DNA of 64,000 bases from Dehalococcoidia bacterium (GCA_050011565.1 JBEKIW010000001.1:608001-672000); one strand, 5' to 3'. Numbered from the stretch's first letter, positions 1 through 9,315 are shown. Numbers and translations: made by a program. Notes: generated by a model not told the origin, from the sequence alone.

Positions 1-1
1 T

Positions 2-1933
2 ATTGTTGCTATTAGTTTTTAGCTTAATTCCATCGACGACGTTCGAGTTAGCTGTATTTCCGATCAATGTGTTGCCTGTTGAATTATCTATGCGGAAACC
101 GTGCTGACCGTTCGAGTTTGCGGTGTTATTGGTGAATGTATTGTCGTTGCTCCCGGCGCCAGTCCCCTTAACCAGGAAGAATCCTACGGCATTGCTGCTG
201 GTGTAACTGTTCGAGTTCGCTATGTTACCCGTGAATGTATTGTTACTAGCCGAGTCCAGTCTGAATCCGTTGCCGTTGGGGCCGTTCGCGTTTGCTGTGT
301 TGTTGATGAATGTATTGTAGGTAGAGTGGTATACCTCAAAGCCCTGTTGGTTGCCAGAAGCATTATTGCCCGTTAATGTGTTGTGGTTGCTACCATCACC
401 CAACCAGATGCCATCGTAGTTACCCGTCAGAATATTATTGGAGATGTTGGAGTTCGCCACTCCAGCGCCAAGGTATATCCCTGCTTGTCCTCCTCCGGTT
501 GCGCCACGCACTGTGAATCCCGAGATGTTCACGTAATTAGCAGTGACATTAAAGACGCTAGCGGCTGGATCCGGTGCGGTCACAATCACAGTAGTGCTGC
601 TGGCGCCTGTCAGGGTGAGCGGTATATTCACAGATAAATTCTCGTTGTATGTCCCTGCCGGCACGGTGATGGTGTCGCCGGAGACGGCGACAGCGATGGC
701 AGCCGTGATAGTTGCATATCCAGTTGTGGTTACACCGTGAATAAGCTTCACGGCGGTAATTTCGTAGGGGCTTGAAGTTATATGTGTTGGCTCAACACTT
801 GTCCAGACGGTCACATTGTAGAAGCCGAAGGTAGTTGGGTTCAGGATGCCAGAGGCTTTGTTGAAGGTAACCGTGAATTGCTGACCGGGGACAATAGGCG
901 CCGTTGCCGGTATAGTTACCGTTACCTGCTGTCCAGCTACAGTTACAGTAACACACGGGGTACCTTTCACAAAAACATTCCCCGGGGTACTACTAAAATC
1001 AGGGACGGTTGTGTTAGAGGGGAATACTATGGTGATAGTGTCACCCGCATTCAGGCTGGCGCCGGTGGTCATGGTAATGCGGTAGCCGGTGTTGAGGCCG
1101 ATGAAACGGGTATCGTATGGGTTCACGGTTATACTGTTGGGCGGCGTTGGAGGTATGGTGGTCGACATAGACGGTAGGGTGACGATGTTGCTGTCTAACG
1201 TGACTGCGCCAACTCGCGCCAGCGCTCTACCGTTCAGCGTTGCGCCGGTCGTCATCGTGATGGATTGATCTGCCAGTATGTTCCCTTGAAAGACAGACGT
1301 CGTTCCGAGGGTCGCCGAGGTGCCAACTTGCCAAAAGATGTTGGCCGCATTAGCGCCGCCGCTCAGGATAACCTTGCGACCGGATGTCGTTGTAAGTGTG
1401 GACGCTATCTGGAAGATCCAAACAGCATCCGCGTTGCCCTGGGCGTCTAGAGTGAGATCCCCTGACGATATCGCCAGCGAGGACGTGGATTTGTAGAGAC
1501 CCGGAGCAAGGGTTTGCCCGCCAATATTTCCTGCCACAGTGACAGGTGCAAGTGTTCGTCCAGCGGCGTCGTTGTATGCAGTGGTCAAGTCCAGTTTGGC
1601 CTGGCCTGCGGCAGAACCAACGCCTGTGTATGTCTCCCCGTTCACGCTTCCGGGCGGGAATCCAGGAACTGCAGTACCGGGGCTCACCCCAAGATCCCCA
1701 TTAACCGTGGTAGCACCTGTATTGGTGACCGTGGACCCAGCCAGGACCGCGAACGCAGCCGCTGAACCCAGCGGTACGATTAGTTGGGCCGTCTGATGCA
1801 GCGGTGTTGGTTGGGCCGACTGTTGCAATATGCTTGCCTGCACCGTTCTCGCCGGCACCACTGCCACCAGCGATGACATCAGTAACAGAACCATGAACAG
1901 CGAGAATGGTTTCCATAGTTTTAATTTAGACAT
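2..1933 (-). CDS. Secreted multidomain surface protein (3' end beyond window): signal peptide, DUF3494 ice-binding domain, beta-rich Ig-like spacer, NosD/pectin-lyase-like right-handed beta-helix
   Basis: Manually translated from ATG at 1933 (SD GGAGG): MSKLKLWKPFSLFMVLLLMSSLVAVVPARTVQA...VPLGSAAAFAVLAGSTVTNTGATTVNGDLGVSPGT...LAPGLYKSTSSL...LTLDAQGNADAVWIFQIASTL...ANIFWQVGTSATLGTTSVFQGNILADQSIT...LNGRALA (DUF3494 signature), then TITAAIAVAVSGDTITVPAGTYNENL and NTFxxNTANSN repeats. Absent from the ORF track because there is no stop in the window. Confidence 0.92.
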   Translation of the reverse strand, partial: MSKLKLWKPFSLFMVLLLMSSLVAVVPARTVQASILQQSAQPTPLHQTAQLIVPLGSAAAFAVLAGSTVTNTGATTVNGDLGVSPGTAVPGFPPGSVNGETYTGVGSAAGQAKLDLTTAYNDAAGRTLAPVTVAGNIGGQTLAPGLYKSTSSLAISSGDLTLDAQGNADAVWIFQIASTLTTTSGRKVILSGGANAANIFWQVGTSATLGTTSVFQGNILADQSITMTTGATLNGRALARVGAVTLDSNIVTLPSMSTTIPPTPPNSITVNPYDTRFIGLNTGYRITMTTGASLNAGDTITIVFPSNTTVPDFSSTPGNVFVKGTPCVTVTVAGQQVTVTIPATAPIVPGQQFTVTFNKASGILNPTTFGFYNVTVWTSVEPTHITSSPYEITAVKLIHGVTTTGYATITAAIAVAVSGDTITVPAGTYNENLSVNIPLTLTGASSTTVIVTAPDPAASVFNVTANYVNISGFTVRGATGGGQAGIYLGAGVANSNISNNILTGNYDGIWLGDGSNHNTLTGNNASGNQQGFEVYHSTYNTFINNTANANGPNGNGFRLDSASNNTFTGNIANSNSYTSSNAVGFFLVKGTGAGSNDNTFTNNTANSNGQHGFRIDNSTGNTLIGNTANSNVVDGIKLKTNSNN

Positions 1934-1962
1934 TTGACACCTCCGTTTATTTTTTGCTTCAT

Positions 1963-2013
1963 AAATAGAAAAAGGCAGTGGCAGCACCCAAAAACTGGTA
2001 CTATCACCGCCTT
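1963..2013 (-). terminator. Terminator-like hairpin in the leader of the ice-binding protein gene
   Basis: mRNA AAGGCGGTGATAGTACC-loop-GGTGCTGCCACTGCCTT (17-bp stem, 3 GU pairs, 1 mismatch) followed by TTTCTATTT. Confidence 0.65.
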
Positions 2014-2102
2014 CTCATTTCTTGCAACCTGAGCCTCCTTATCGAGTAAAATAGCAGGACTAGCGCAAGCGCCAGCACCACGGCAAATGGAATGCCAAAC
2101 AT
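2004..2102 (-). CDS. Putative 32-aa leader peptide MFGIPFAVVLALALVLLFYSIRRLRLQEMRRR, containing an in-frame mini-ORF at 2027..2004
   Basis: Manual translation: hydrophobic stretch plus Arg-rich tail; internal TAAGGAGG 6 nt before an in-frame TTG. Confidence 0.35.
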   Translation of the reverse strand: MFGIPFAVVLALALVLLFYSIRRLRLQEMRRR

Positions 2103-2319
2103 CTTCTGCTATTTGATTTCGACAAAAACCACCTCTACCGTCTCCTCTTTCAACCACAAACCAACCTCATTGGGTCGGTTTCACTATTGGCTCAGCATTA
2201 GAACAAGACCATATTATGCCTACTACTTCTTTGCCCCCCCCAAATATCGGACAATTGATCTCACTACCTAGCTAAATTTATATGCAATTATCTATCTGAA
2301 TTCAATATACGATGTTTAT

Positions 2320-2347
2320 ATAATACAGCACAAATGACAGTTGTCAA
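2320..2347 (-). promoter_or_regulatory. Sigma70-type promoter for the ice-binding protein transcript
   Basis: TTGACA-16 nt-TATTAT on the minus strand. Confidence 0.5.
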
Positions 2348-2613
2348 GACCTCTTGATAAGCTTTATTTAGACTTTTTTGGTAAAATTAAAGTGTATTCT
2401 GAAAGCAGATGCTTTAGGTAGTGCGTTTATCAGGCAATGTCAGTTAAACCAAATTCAAAGGGTAGGTAACAAGTTTATGCCAGAAGTTCCCACGGTTTCC
2501 AGCTATGACTAATAGCCAATCTAGCTAAGCCATATACTACAGGAAAGTCCAAACTTTTGTTCATGTCGGCAACCGATATTCTATCAAAACGGCAAATATT
2601 TTGGAATAGGGGA

Positions 2614-2668
2614 TTGACAGATTAATACGTTCGTGATATATTAAGAATAAATAATATCACTTAAGTGA
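2614..2668 (+). promoter_or_regulatory. Sigma70 promoter and probable operator of the RHH gene
   Basis: TTGACA(2614)-17 nt-TATATT with extended TG; GTGATAT/ATATCAC inverted repeat (2633-2660); perfect palindrome TCACTTAAGTGA (2657-2668). Confidence 0.65.
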
Positions 2669-2678
2669 GGTATATCAA

Positions 2679-2873
2679 TTGGGTGAATTGAGAATAACTG
2701 TATCTGACAAACTCCACAGAAAATTAAAGTACAAAGCGCTCGATGAGGAGATGACTCTCAGAGAGTTGGTTTCCGCTATTCTCGAGAGCTATTTTGGCTC
2801 GGAACCCACCACCAGAATGGTAAGAAGAGAAGGAGCGGGAAAAGCTACAAGCTCTGATCAGGCACAAATTTGA
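2679..2873 (+). CDS. Small ribbon-helix-helix (CopG/ParG-like) DNA-binding protein
   Basis: LRITVSDKLHRKLKYKALDEEMTLRELVSAILESY fits the RHH pattern; GAGG SD and strong promoter. Confidence 0.75.
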   Translation: MGELRITVSDKLHRKLKYKALDEEMTLRELVSAILESYFGSEPTTRMVRREGAGKATSSDQAQI

Positions 2874-2892
2874 GGGTTGGCCTACTGTCGAA

Positions 2893-5208
2893 TCATTTTG
2901 TGTACTCGAAAATTTTTACTTCAGGAACCGTACCTATTGCAGGGTCCGCGACCAAGCTTTTTGAGGTATAGATTAATCTATAATGTTCCACGGCTGGTAA
3001 CGGCACCGGGCTAACATACTGGTTATTGCTGACTATCCTGTAGTTGCCTGATTTCTGACTGGTAACATAGTTTTGGGCTTCTGCATAGCTATCGAAGGAT
3101 TGCACACTGGTAATCTGTCTGTAGTATTGACCATCGGGGGTGACTTTCTCCTGGTAAGAAATCACTATAGAACTTTTAGGAATGACATTTCTGCCATCAA
3201 AATTGTAGAGGCGGACGACAAGCGAGCGGTAATATTCAGGATAAAATAGTATTATCGGCTCAAGTGTGTTGTTTGTGAGTTGATAATAAATACCAAAGAA
3301 TTTGTCCGGGTTACTGCCGCTAAGGGTTGCTAAGGCGTGGAACTTACCACCCATTATTGTGCTTATATCATGGTCGACGATAACATACTTCGAGCCCCAC
3401 TGGTCTAATATTTTGTTAGCCGAGGCTTCATCTTGAGCAATAAAAATGAATTGCTCCCCCGCGGCTCCGGTGCCTGGGTTAGAAGTGGGTATGCGATGGC
3501 CAATTCTAGTTATCCAATAGCCGTAGTCCCACCAGGCGGTTACGCCGTAAGCGGTTTCAGGATTAGTGTAGCTTTCTCCGGATGGTGGTTCTTTGTATAG
3601 CTCATAATAATAATCGGGGTTGCCGAATGGCTCAGGTGTATTGTCTTTTAGCCAAGAGAGAGATTCGCACCATGCATTCGAGGGAGCAAACGGTGCCGCG
3701 CTGGCAGTATCTACAGCTTTGCCGATATTAGGGAAAAATACAAGGAAGAAGACAGCTATAACTCCCAATGCCATGAGTACTTGCCTGCCGGCGCGAGACC
3801 CCTCTCGTCTTTTGGGCTTGGGTCTCCGTTTAGTCTCTACGGGCATGCCATCAGGTGCGACTGACGGTTCTTTAAAACCGGTTAATTGCAGAATTAGCCA
3901 GGAAAGGTAGCCGGCCAATAAAGCTACATTGACAACAAAGTAATAGGCGAAACGCCGCATAGATAAAGTAGCTGCCAGCATAATCAGGCTCCAGACAACG
4001 AACATCGTTTTTTCCGTTTCACCACGTTTGATGACAAGGTATACGAGTATGCCTAAGGATATAAAGGTGAGGAAAAAGCTGGTAGTGAAATTACCCCAGG
4101 CGATTGTCCATGAGAAACTGCCATAAGGAAGGAGCAGAGGCTGCATCTCAAGGACAGTGGTACCAATAGGCCAGTTAAAAATGCCGAGACGTCCTACTAT
4201 CGCATAGTAAAGAGATGGGGTAACGATACGAAAAACCACAAGGCTCACTAGCCCTAATCCGATGATAGCTGCCGGATATATTATTGGCTTTACGTTGCGT
4301 TTAGCCATGAAGTGGGAAAGCACAGCCATAGCTATAGGGATAATAATAGCGATTGCTAAAGAAGCTAAAGCCATCCTGTCCCGAGAAACAAGTAAAAACA
4401 TCAATAGGGCAACGATAAAAGTAATGGTGCTGACGAAACAGAGGTATTCAGTAGGCCTGCGCCTCAAATGGTCAAAAATAAACTGGACAATTAAATAGAC
4501 AAAGATAATGAAAACGAACATCAGCGCTCCGCCCCAGGTGAGGAAGTATATTCCCAGGAAAATGCCGGCTATAAGGCTATAGATAAGTGGCTTGGTCACG
4601 GTTGACCACTGCCTGTGCCACAAGCTATCAAATGTTAATTGCTTTTCTGTGCCAATCTTCACCGCCAGAATCAGGAACAGCATGGTCACCGTAGTAAATA
4701 GTACTTCGGCAACGTGATAGTCGGTGAAACCAAGTATTGACCTGCCGAGAAACTCGCTGGGGAAGATAGCAACCAGACCGGCAGCTATTACACCAGCCCA
4801 ACGATTGAACAACGTTTTTCCGATAAAGTACACCGGAATGGTGGTCAGGGCGCCAAGGATTGCAGGGAAATAAACACCTACCATATCTACCACATGTTGA
4901 CTTGGAGAACCAAAACCGAATAGCCAGGCCACTCCGGAAATAAGGTAGGGCCAAAATGTTTGAGCGCTAAGCGCCGATCCGCTATGATAAAGTAGGTAAG
5001 GGTCAAAAGTTATTAGGTGAGGAAAATTATGGACCAGGTTATCGACGATCCGCATGAAAAAATAAGCATCATTGCCAGTAAACTTGATCCAGTCGCCGAC
5101 AAATACTTTGTCGTAGGGCAACACAACTCGAAGATACAAGGCGGCGCCAAAACATACCGCTACTAATATGCCGGAAACAAGTTTCGAGTTAAACTCAGTG
5201 CGGTTCAT
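2893..5208 (-). CDS. aglB: STT3-family oligosaccharyltransferase, archaeal AglB-like
   Basis: Many TM helices; GNDAYF, TDYH, TVLE, WWDYG and DK-like (D...GGKF) motifs. Confidence 0.93.
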   Translation of the reverse strand: MNRTEFNSKLVSGILVAVCFGAALYLRVVLPYDKVFVGDWIKFTGNDAYFFMRIVDNLVHNFPHLITFDPYLLYHSGSALSAQTFWPYLISGVAWLFGFGSPSQHVVDMVGVYFPAILGALTTIPVYFIGKTLFNRWAGVIAAGLVAIFPSEFLGRSILGFTDYHVAEVLFTTVTMLFLILAVKIGTEKQLTFDSLWHRQWSTVTKPLIYSLIAGIFLGIYFLTWGGALMFVFIIFVYLIVQFIFDHLRRRPTEYLCFVSTITFIVALLMFLLVSRDRMALASLAIAIIIPIAMAVLSHFMAKRNVKPIIYPAAIIGLGLVSLVVFRIVTPSLYYAIVGRLGIFNWPIGTTVLEMQPLLLPYGSFSWTIAWGNFTTSFFLTFISLGILVYLVIKRGETEKTMFVVWSLIMLAATLSMRRFAYYFVVNVALLAGYLSWLILQLTGFKEPSVAPDGMPVETKRRPKPKRREGSRAGRQVLMALGVIAVFFLVFFPNIGKAVDTASAAPFAPSNAWCESLSWLKDNTPEPFGNPDYYYELYKEPPSGESYTNPETAYGVTAWWDYGYWITRIGHRIPTSNPGTGAAGEQFIFIAQDEASANKILDQWGSKYVIVDHDISTIMGGKFHALATLSGSNPDKFFGIYYQLTNNTLEPIILFYPEYYRSLVVRLYNFDGRNVIPKSSIVISYQEKVTPDGQYYRQITSVQSFDSYAEAQNYVTSQKSGNYRIVSNNQYVSPVPLPAVEHYRLIYTSKSLVADPAIGTVPEVKIFEYTK

Positions 5209-5384
5209 CTGATTCCCCCAAGCATAAAGTTAAAATTTATCGGAAGTATCTTAAAGAATTATATCTAAAATCGGCTTCGTTCAAAGATGATAACAGACCT
5301 CACAAAGCTGTGCAAGTTGAATGCATTTGGTTTGTCCTCCGATGTCTGATGTGATAAACTCAAATAGTTTTTCAGGAGACTGCT

Positions 5385-6170
5385 TTGAAGATACTCGTTA
5401 GCAATGATGACGGAGTATATAGTGAAGGGCTGTGGACACTGGTAAGGGAGCTAACAAAAATAGCCGAGGTATCTGTGGTTGCTCCCGATAGAGACCAGAG
5501 CGGCTCCGGCACATCGATAACGCTTAGTCATCCCTTGAGAATGATTAATATCAAGCCACCGGTAGATGGTGTGGCCGCATATTCCGTGGAGGGAACCCCA
5601 GCAGATAGCGTTATTCTAGCCCTCAGACTAATTTTGAAAGAAGGCGTAGACTTAGTGGTTTCAGGCATCAACGAAGGCCCAAATCTGGGAGATGATGTTT
5701 ACGTTTCAGGAACGGTTGGTGCTGCTTTGCAGGGGTTTTTTTACGGTATTCCGGCTCTGGCTTTTTCAATAGCTGCTTTTGGGGATATTCATTTCGACGT
5801 GGCTGCCGTACTGGCCAGGATAATGGTCAGCGAGCTGGCCGAGAAAGGCTTTCCCGAGAGAATGTTATTGAATGTTAACCTGCCTAACCTGCCGCAAGAC
5901 AAACTTGAGGGGATTGAGATGACCCGCCTGGGCCAACGTAAATATGTAGACCGGATAGAACCGGGACATGACGGTAAAAGGCAATACCATTGGATTATGC
6001 GCGGTAAGCCTGAGTGGAAATCGGCCTCTGGAACTGATATAGGGGCACTGGAAAAGAATAAGATTTCGATTACTCCATTATTTGGAAATATGGACGGCTC
6101 GAGCCGTGAGTTGCTGAAGAAACTTGTCCCGCATCTTTTTCATAAATTGCTGGAGAACAGCGCTTCTTGA
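5385..6170 (+). CDS. surE: 5'/3'-nucleotidase SurE
   Basis: ILVSNDDG, GTPADSV, SGINEGPN, SGTVGAA. Confidence 0.97.
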   Translation: MKILVSNDDGVYSEGLWTLVRELTKIAEVSVVAPDRDQSGSGTSITLSHPLRMINIKPPVDGVAAYSVEGTPADSVILALRLILKEGVDLVVSGINEGPNLGDDVYVSGTVGAALQGFFYGIPALAFSIAAFGDIHFDVAAVLARIMVSELAEKGFPERMLLNVNLPNLPQDKLEGIEMTRLGQRKYVDRIEPGHDGKRQYHWIMRGKPEWKSASGTDIGALEKNKISITPLFGNMDGSSRELLKKLVPHLFHKLLENSAS

Positions 6171-6192
6171 ACTAGATAAGGAATAGAGAATT

Positions 6193-7482
6193 ATGACAGA
6201 AGTAGCTATTGTAAGCGGCGTCAGAACCGCAATTGGCGCCTTCGGTAGCTCCTTAAAAGATGTCCCCGTGGTGAATCTTGGTGCACTGGTTATCCGCGAA
6301 GCATTGAAACGAGCCGGCCTGAGGCCTAAGGCAGGGAAAAATCTGTCTGATTATGCCCCTAAAGCACTGAACGATGCCGGGCCGGTCGAGCTGGAAAAAG
6401 CTCACTATAACTGGGATGATTCACTCAGGGAAGTACATGTTGATGAAGTGATTATGGGTAATGTGTTACAGGGCGGCCAGGGACAGAATACTGCCAGACA
6501 AGCTACAATTTACAGCGGTTTACCTAAAGAGACGTATGCCTTTACCGTCAATAAGATTTGCGCCTCGGGGCTTAAGGCAATCACCTTGGGAGCTCAGACG
6601 ATAGCACTCGGTGAGGCCGACGTAGTCATTGCCGGTGGTATGGAAAATATGAGTCTGGCACCTTACGCATTGCCTCGGGCACGCTGGGGATACAGGATGG
6701 ATGTTACTGCTAAAGGAGAAGTCATTGACCTTATGGTTTATGACGGGCTTTGGGAGATATTCTACGGCTATCACATGGGGCTGACCGCTGAGAACATTGC
6801 TGCCAAATATAACATTTCAAGGCTGGAACAGGATGAACTGGGGTTATTGAGTCATCAGCGGGCCAGATCTGCTATAAATCAGGGCTTATTCAGAGAAGAA
6901 ATAGTACCGGTGAATATTCCTCAGAAGAAGGGGGAGGCTGTGGTTTTTGATACCGACGAACGGCCGATGGATACCAGCTTGGAAAAGATGGCAAAGCTGC
7001 CTCCGGTGTTTAAGAAAGATGGCACCGTAACCGCCGGTAATGCCTCCGGTATTAACGATGCCGCAGCGGCAGTAGTGTTGATGAGCCTGCAAAAGGCCAG
7101 GGAATTGAATCTGTCACCGATGGGTATTATCAAGGCTTATGCCTCAGGTGGTGTCGACCCAGCCTATATGGGATTAGGGCCAATACCTGCGGTAAAGAGA
7201 GCGCTGGAAAGGGCTGGCATAGGTATTAAAGATTTAGATGTAATCGAGCTGAACGAAGCCTTTGCTTCGCAAGCCATTGCCTGCATGAGAGAGCTGGGAT
7301 TAAGTACAGATAATACCAACGTGCACGGTAGTGGGGTCTCCCTGGGACATCCCATCGGCTGTACCGGCGCTAGATTGGTAGTGACTATACTACACGAGAT
7401 GAAGAGGCAAAACTTGCGTCTGGGTCTGGTAACCATGTGCATCGGCGGCGGCCAGGGTATGGCCATGGTTATAGAAAGATAG
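6193..7482 (+). CDS. Acetyl-CoA C-acetyltransferase (thiolase)
   Basis: NKICASG, NEAF, GHPIGCTG, CIGGGQG. Confidence 0.96.
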   Translation: MTEVAIVSGVRTAIGAFGSSLKDVPVVNLGALVIREALKRAGLRPKAGKNLSDYAPKALNDAGPVELEKAHYNWDDSLREVHVDEVIMGNVLQGGQGQNTARQATIYSGLPKETYAFTVNKICASGLKAITLGAQTIALGEADVVIAGGMENMSLAPYALPRARWGYRMDVTAKGEVIDLMVYDGLWEIFYGYHMGLTAENIAAKYNISRLEQDELGLLSHQRARSAINQGLFREEIVPVNIPQKKGEAVVFDTDERPMDTSLEKMAKLPPVFKKDGTVTAGNASGINDAAAAVVLMSLQKARELNLSPMGIIKAYASGGVDPAYMGLGPIPAVKRALERAGIGIKDLDVIELNEAFASQAIACMRELGLSTDNTNVHGSGVSLGHPIGCTGARLVVTILHEMKRQNLRLGLVTMCIGGGQGMAMVIER

Positions 7483-7560
7483 CAGGTTTGATAGATTTGA
7501 TCGTCATTCTGAGAAAAGCGATGTGTCTTCTCAGTTAAAGAGAATTCGGGAGTCAGAACT

Positions 7561-8175
7561 GTGACGCGGCTTATCATAGTCAGGCATGGCCGGACTGAAT
7601 GGAATAGGATAGAAAGGTTTCGCGGCAGAGCAGATATCGGACTTGATGAGGTGGGCATGAAGCAGGCTGAAGCTGCGGCTAAACGAATTGGAGAATGGCC
7701 GATTTCAGTGATTTACTCGAGTCCGCTGCGCCGGGCTTTGACCACGGCCGAAGTAATGGCGGGCCCGTTGGGGTTAAACGTACTGCTAGTGCCTGGTATT
7801 GTCGATATAGACTATGGTGAGTGGCAAGGGTTGTCCACGGAAGACGCAGTTGCCAGGGATGGTTATCTTTATTCACAATGGATTGAAAGTCCGCATAAGG
7901 TGGAGTTTCCGGGCGGTGAGAGCTTTGCTGAGGTCAGAGAAAGGGCTGCTTCAGCAGTCGACGGCTTGATACAACAGCACCCAAAGGAGACAGTGGTTTT
8001 GGTGTCACATAAGGTGATTTGCCAGATTCTTATTCTCAGTTTGCTGGGACTGGATAGTTCACATTTCTGGCAAATAGCTCAGGACGTCTGCGCTATGAAC
8101 CTTTTTGAAGTGAGAGGTGGTATACCTTCAGCTTTGTTTCTCAACGATACCTGTCACCTGGAAGGTCTGAATTAA
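7561..8175 (+). CDS. Histidine phosphatase (phosphoglycerate mutase/CobC-like)
   Basis: RHG motif, SSPLRRA, GGES, VSH. Confidence 0.92.
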   Translation: MTRLIIVRHGRTEWNRIERFRGRADIGLDEVGMKQAEAAAKRIGEWPISVIYSSPLRRALTTAEVMAGPLGLNVLLVPGIVDIDYGEWQGLSTEDAVARDGYLYSQWIESPHKVEFPGGESFAEVRERAASAVDGLIQQHPKETVVLVSHKVICQILILSLLGLDSSHFWQIAQDVCAMNLFEVRGGIPSALFLNDTCHLEGLN

Positions 8176-8195
8176 AATATTTTGTGGGGTTGGTT

Positions 8196-9224
8196 ATGGC
8201 AAAATTTAAAGTTGGCATCATAAATGTTACCGGATATGCCGGTGTGGAATTGGCCAGGCTATTACATAGGCACCCAAGGGTGGAGCTTAGCTCGATTACC
8301 GGCCGAAGTGCTGCCGGGCAGAAGCTAGCAGACGTGTTTCCACACCTGGCGGATATAGATATGACTATTACCGCCGAGCTTGGCGAAGTCGGCCTCGCCT
8401 TTTCAGCAATGCCGCATAAGTCGAGTGCTGAAGTCATCATACCTCTGGTTGAGCGCGGTATCAAAGTTGTTGACATCAGTGCCGATTTCAGACTCAAGGA
8501 TGCCGGTGAATATCCAAAGTGGTACGATTTCACCCATCCGGCGCCGAAATTGCTGCGCAAAGCGGTTTATGGTCTACCTGAAATCCATCGCGTTGAAATA
8601 TCTGGAGCCAGTTTGGTAGCCAATCCCGGTTGCTATCCTACGGGAGCCTTGCTGGCTTTGGCGCCGGCAGTCAAAGAAGGGCTTATTCATTCGGATATTA
8701 TTATTGACAGCAAGTCAGGTGTGTCCGGTGCCGGCAGGACCTTGAGCCTGTCAACACATTTCACTGAAGCTGTCGATAACGTCCGCGCCTATTCCGTGCA
8801 AGGGCATCGCCATCTACCGGAAATCGTACAGGAACTCAAAGCGCTAGCGAACTTTTCTCCTTCGGTGACATTTCTACCTCATCTGGTGCCTATGTCACGA
8901 GGCATACTCAGTTCATGCTATGCCACGTTGAAAGAGGGCAAGTTAGGGAAGAAGGAAGGGAAGCTGACCGACCTGTACCGTGATTACTACAAAGGGGAAC
9001 CGTTTGTCCGTGTGGTGGATAAGCCGCCTGAGACCAAGCAGACCTGGGGAAGCAATCTTTGCCTTGTTTATCCTACGGTTGATGTCAGGAACGGCAGGCT
9101 CATAGTCATTAGCTGCATAGACAATCTGGTGAAGGGCGCTGCTGGACAGGCAATACAGAATATGAATATAATGCTTGGTTTTTCTGAGACTGACGGGCTT
9201 GAAGCCCTGCCGGTCTATCCTTAA
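8196..9224 (+). CDS. argC: N-acetyl-gamma-glutamyl-phosphate reductase
   Basis: TGYAG, ANPGCYPT, SGVSGAG, DNLVKGAAGQA; ATG at 8196 preferred over GTG at 8184. Confidence 0.97.
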   Translation: MAKFKVGIINVTGYAGVELARLLHRHPRVELSSITGRSAAGQKLADVFPHLADIDMTITAELGEVGLAFSAMPHKSSAEVIIPLVERGIKVVDISADFRLKDAGEYPKWYDFTHPAPKLLRKAVYGLPEIHRVEISGASLVANPGCYPTGALLALAPAVKEGLIHSDIIIDSKSGVSGAGRTLSLSTHFTEAVDNVRAYSVQGHRHLPEIVQELKALANFSPSVTFLPHLVPMSRGILSSCYATLKEGKLGKKEGKLTDLYRDYYKGEPFVRVVDKPPETKQTWGSNLCLVYPTVDVRNGRLIVISCIDNLVKGAAGQAIQNMNIMLGFSETDGLEALPVYP

Positions 9225-9231
9225 TGGAGTT

Positions 9232-9307
9232 GCCCCCATCGTCTAGGGGACTAGGACGTCAGCCTTTCAAGCTGAAAACAGGGATTCGAATTCCCTTGGG
9301 GGTACCA
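9232..9307 (+). tRNA. tRNA-Glu(TTC)
   Basis: GCCCCCA/TGGGGGT acceptor stem, TCAGC-CTTTCAA-GCTGA anticodon arm, TTCGAA T-loop, encoded CCA. Confidence 0.96.
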
Positions 9308-9315
9308 AAAATTCT

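Noticed and set aside
101-1916. Many short ORFs in the track (plus-strand ORFs and 1701..1916 minus)
   Set aside because: Shadows or alternative frames of the long minus-strand DUF3494/beta-helix gene
1921-2157. 78-aa minus-strand ORF upstream of the ice-binding gene
   Set aside because: No recognisable protein features; it runs through the leader hairpin and overlaps the real start
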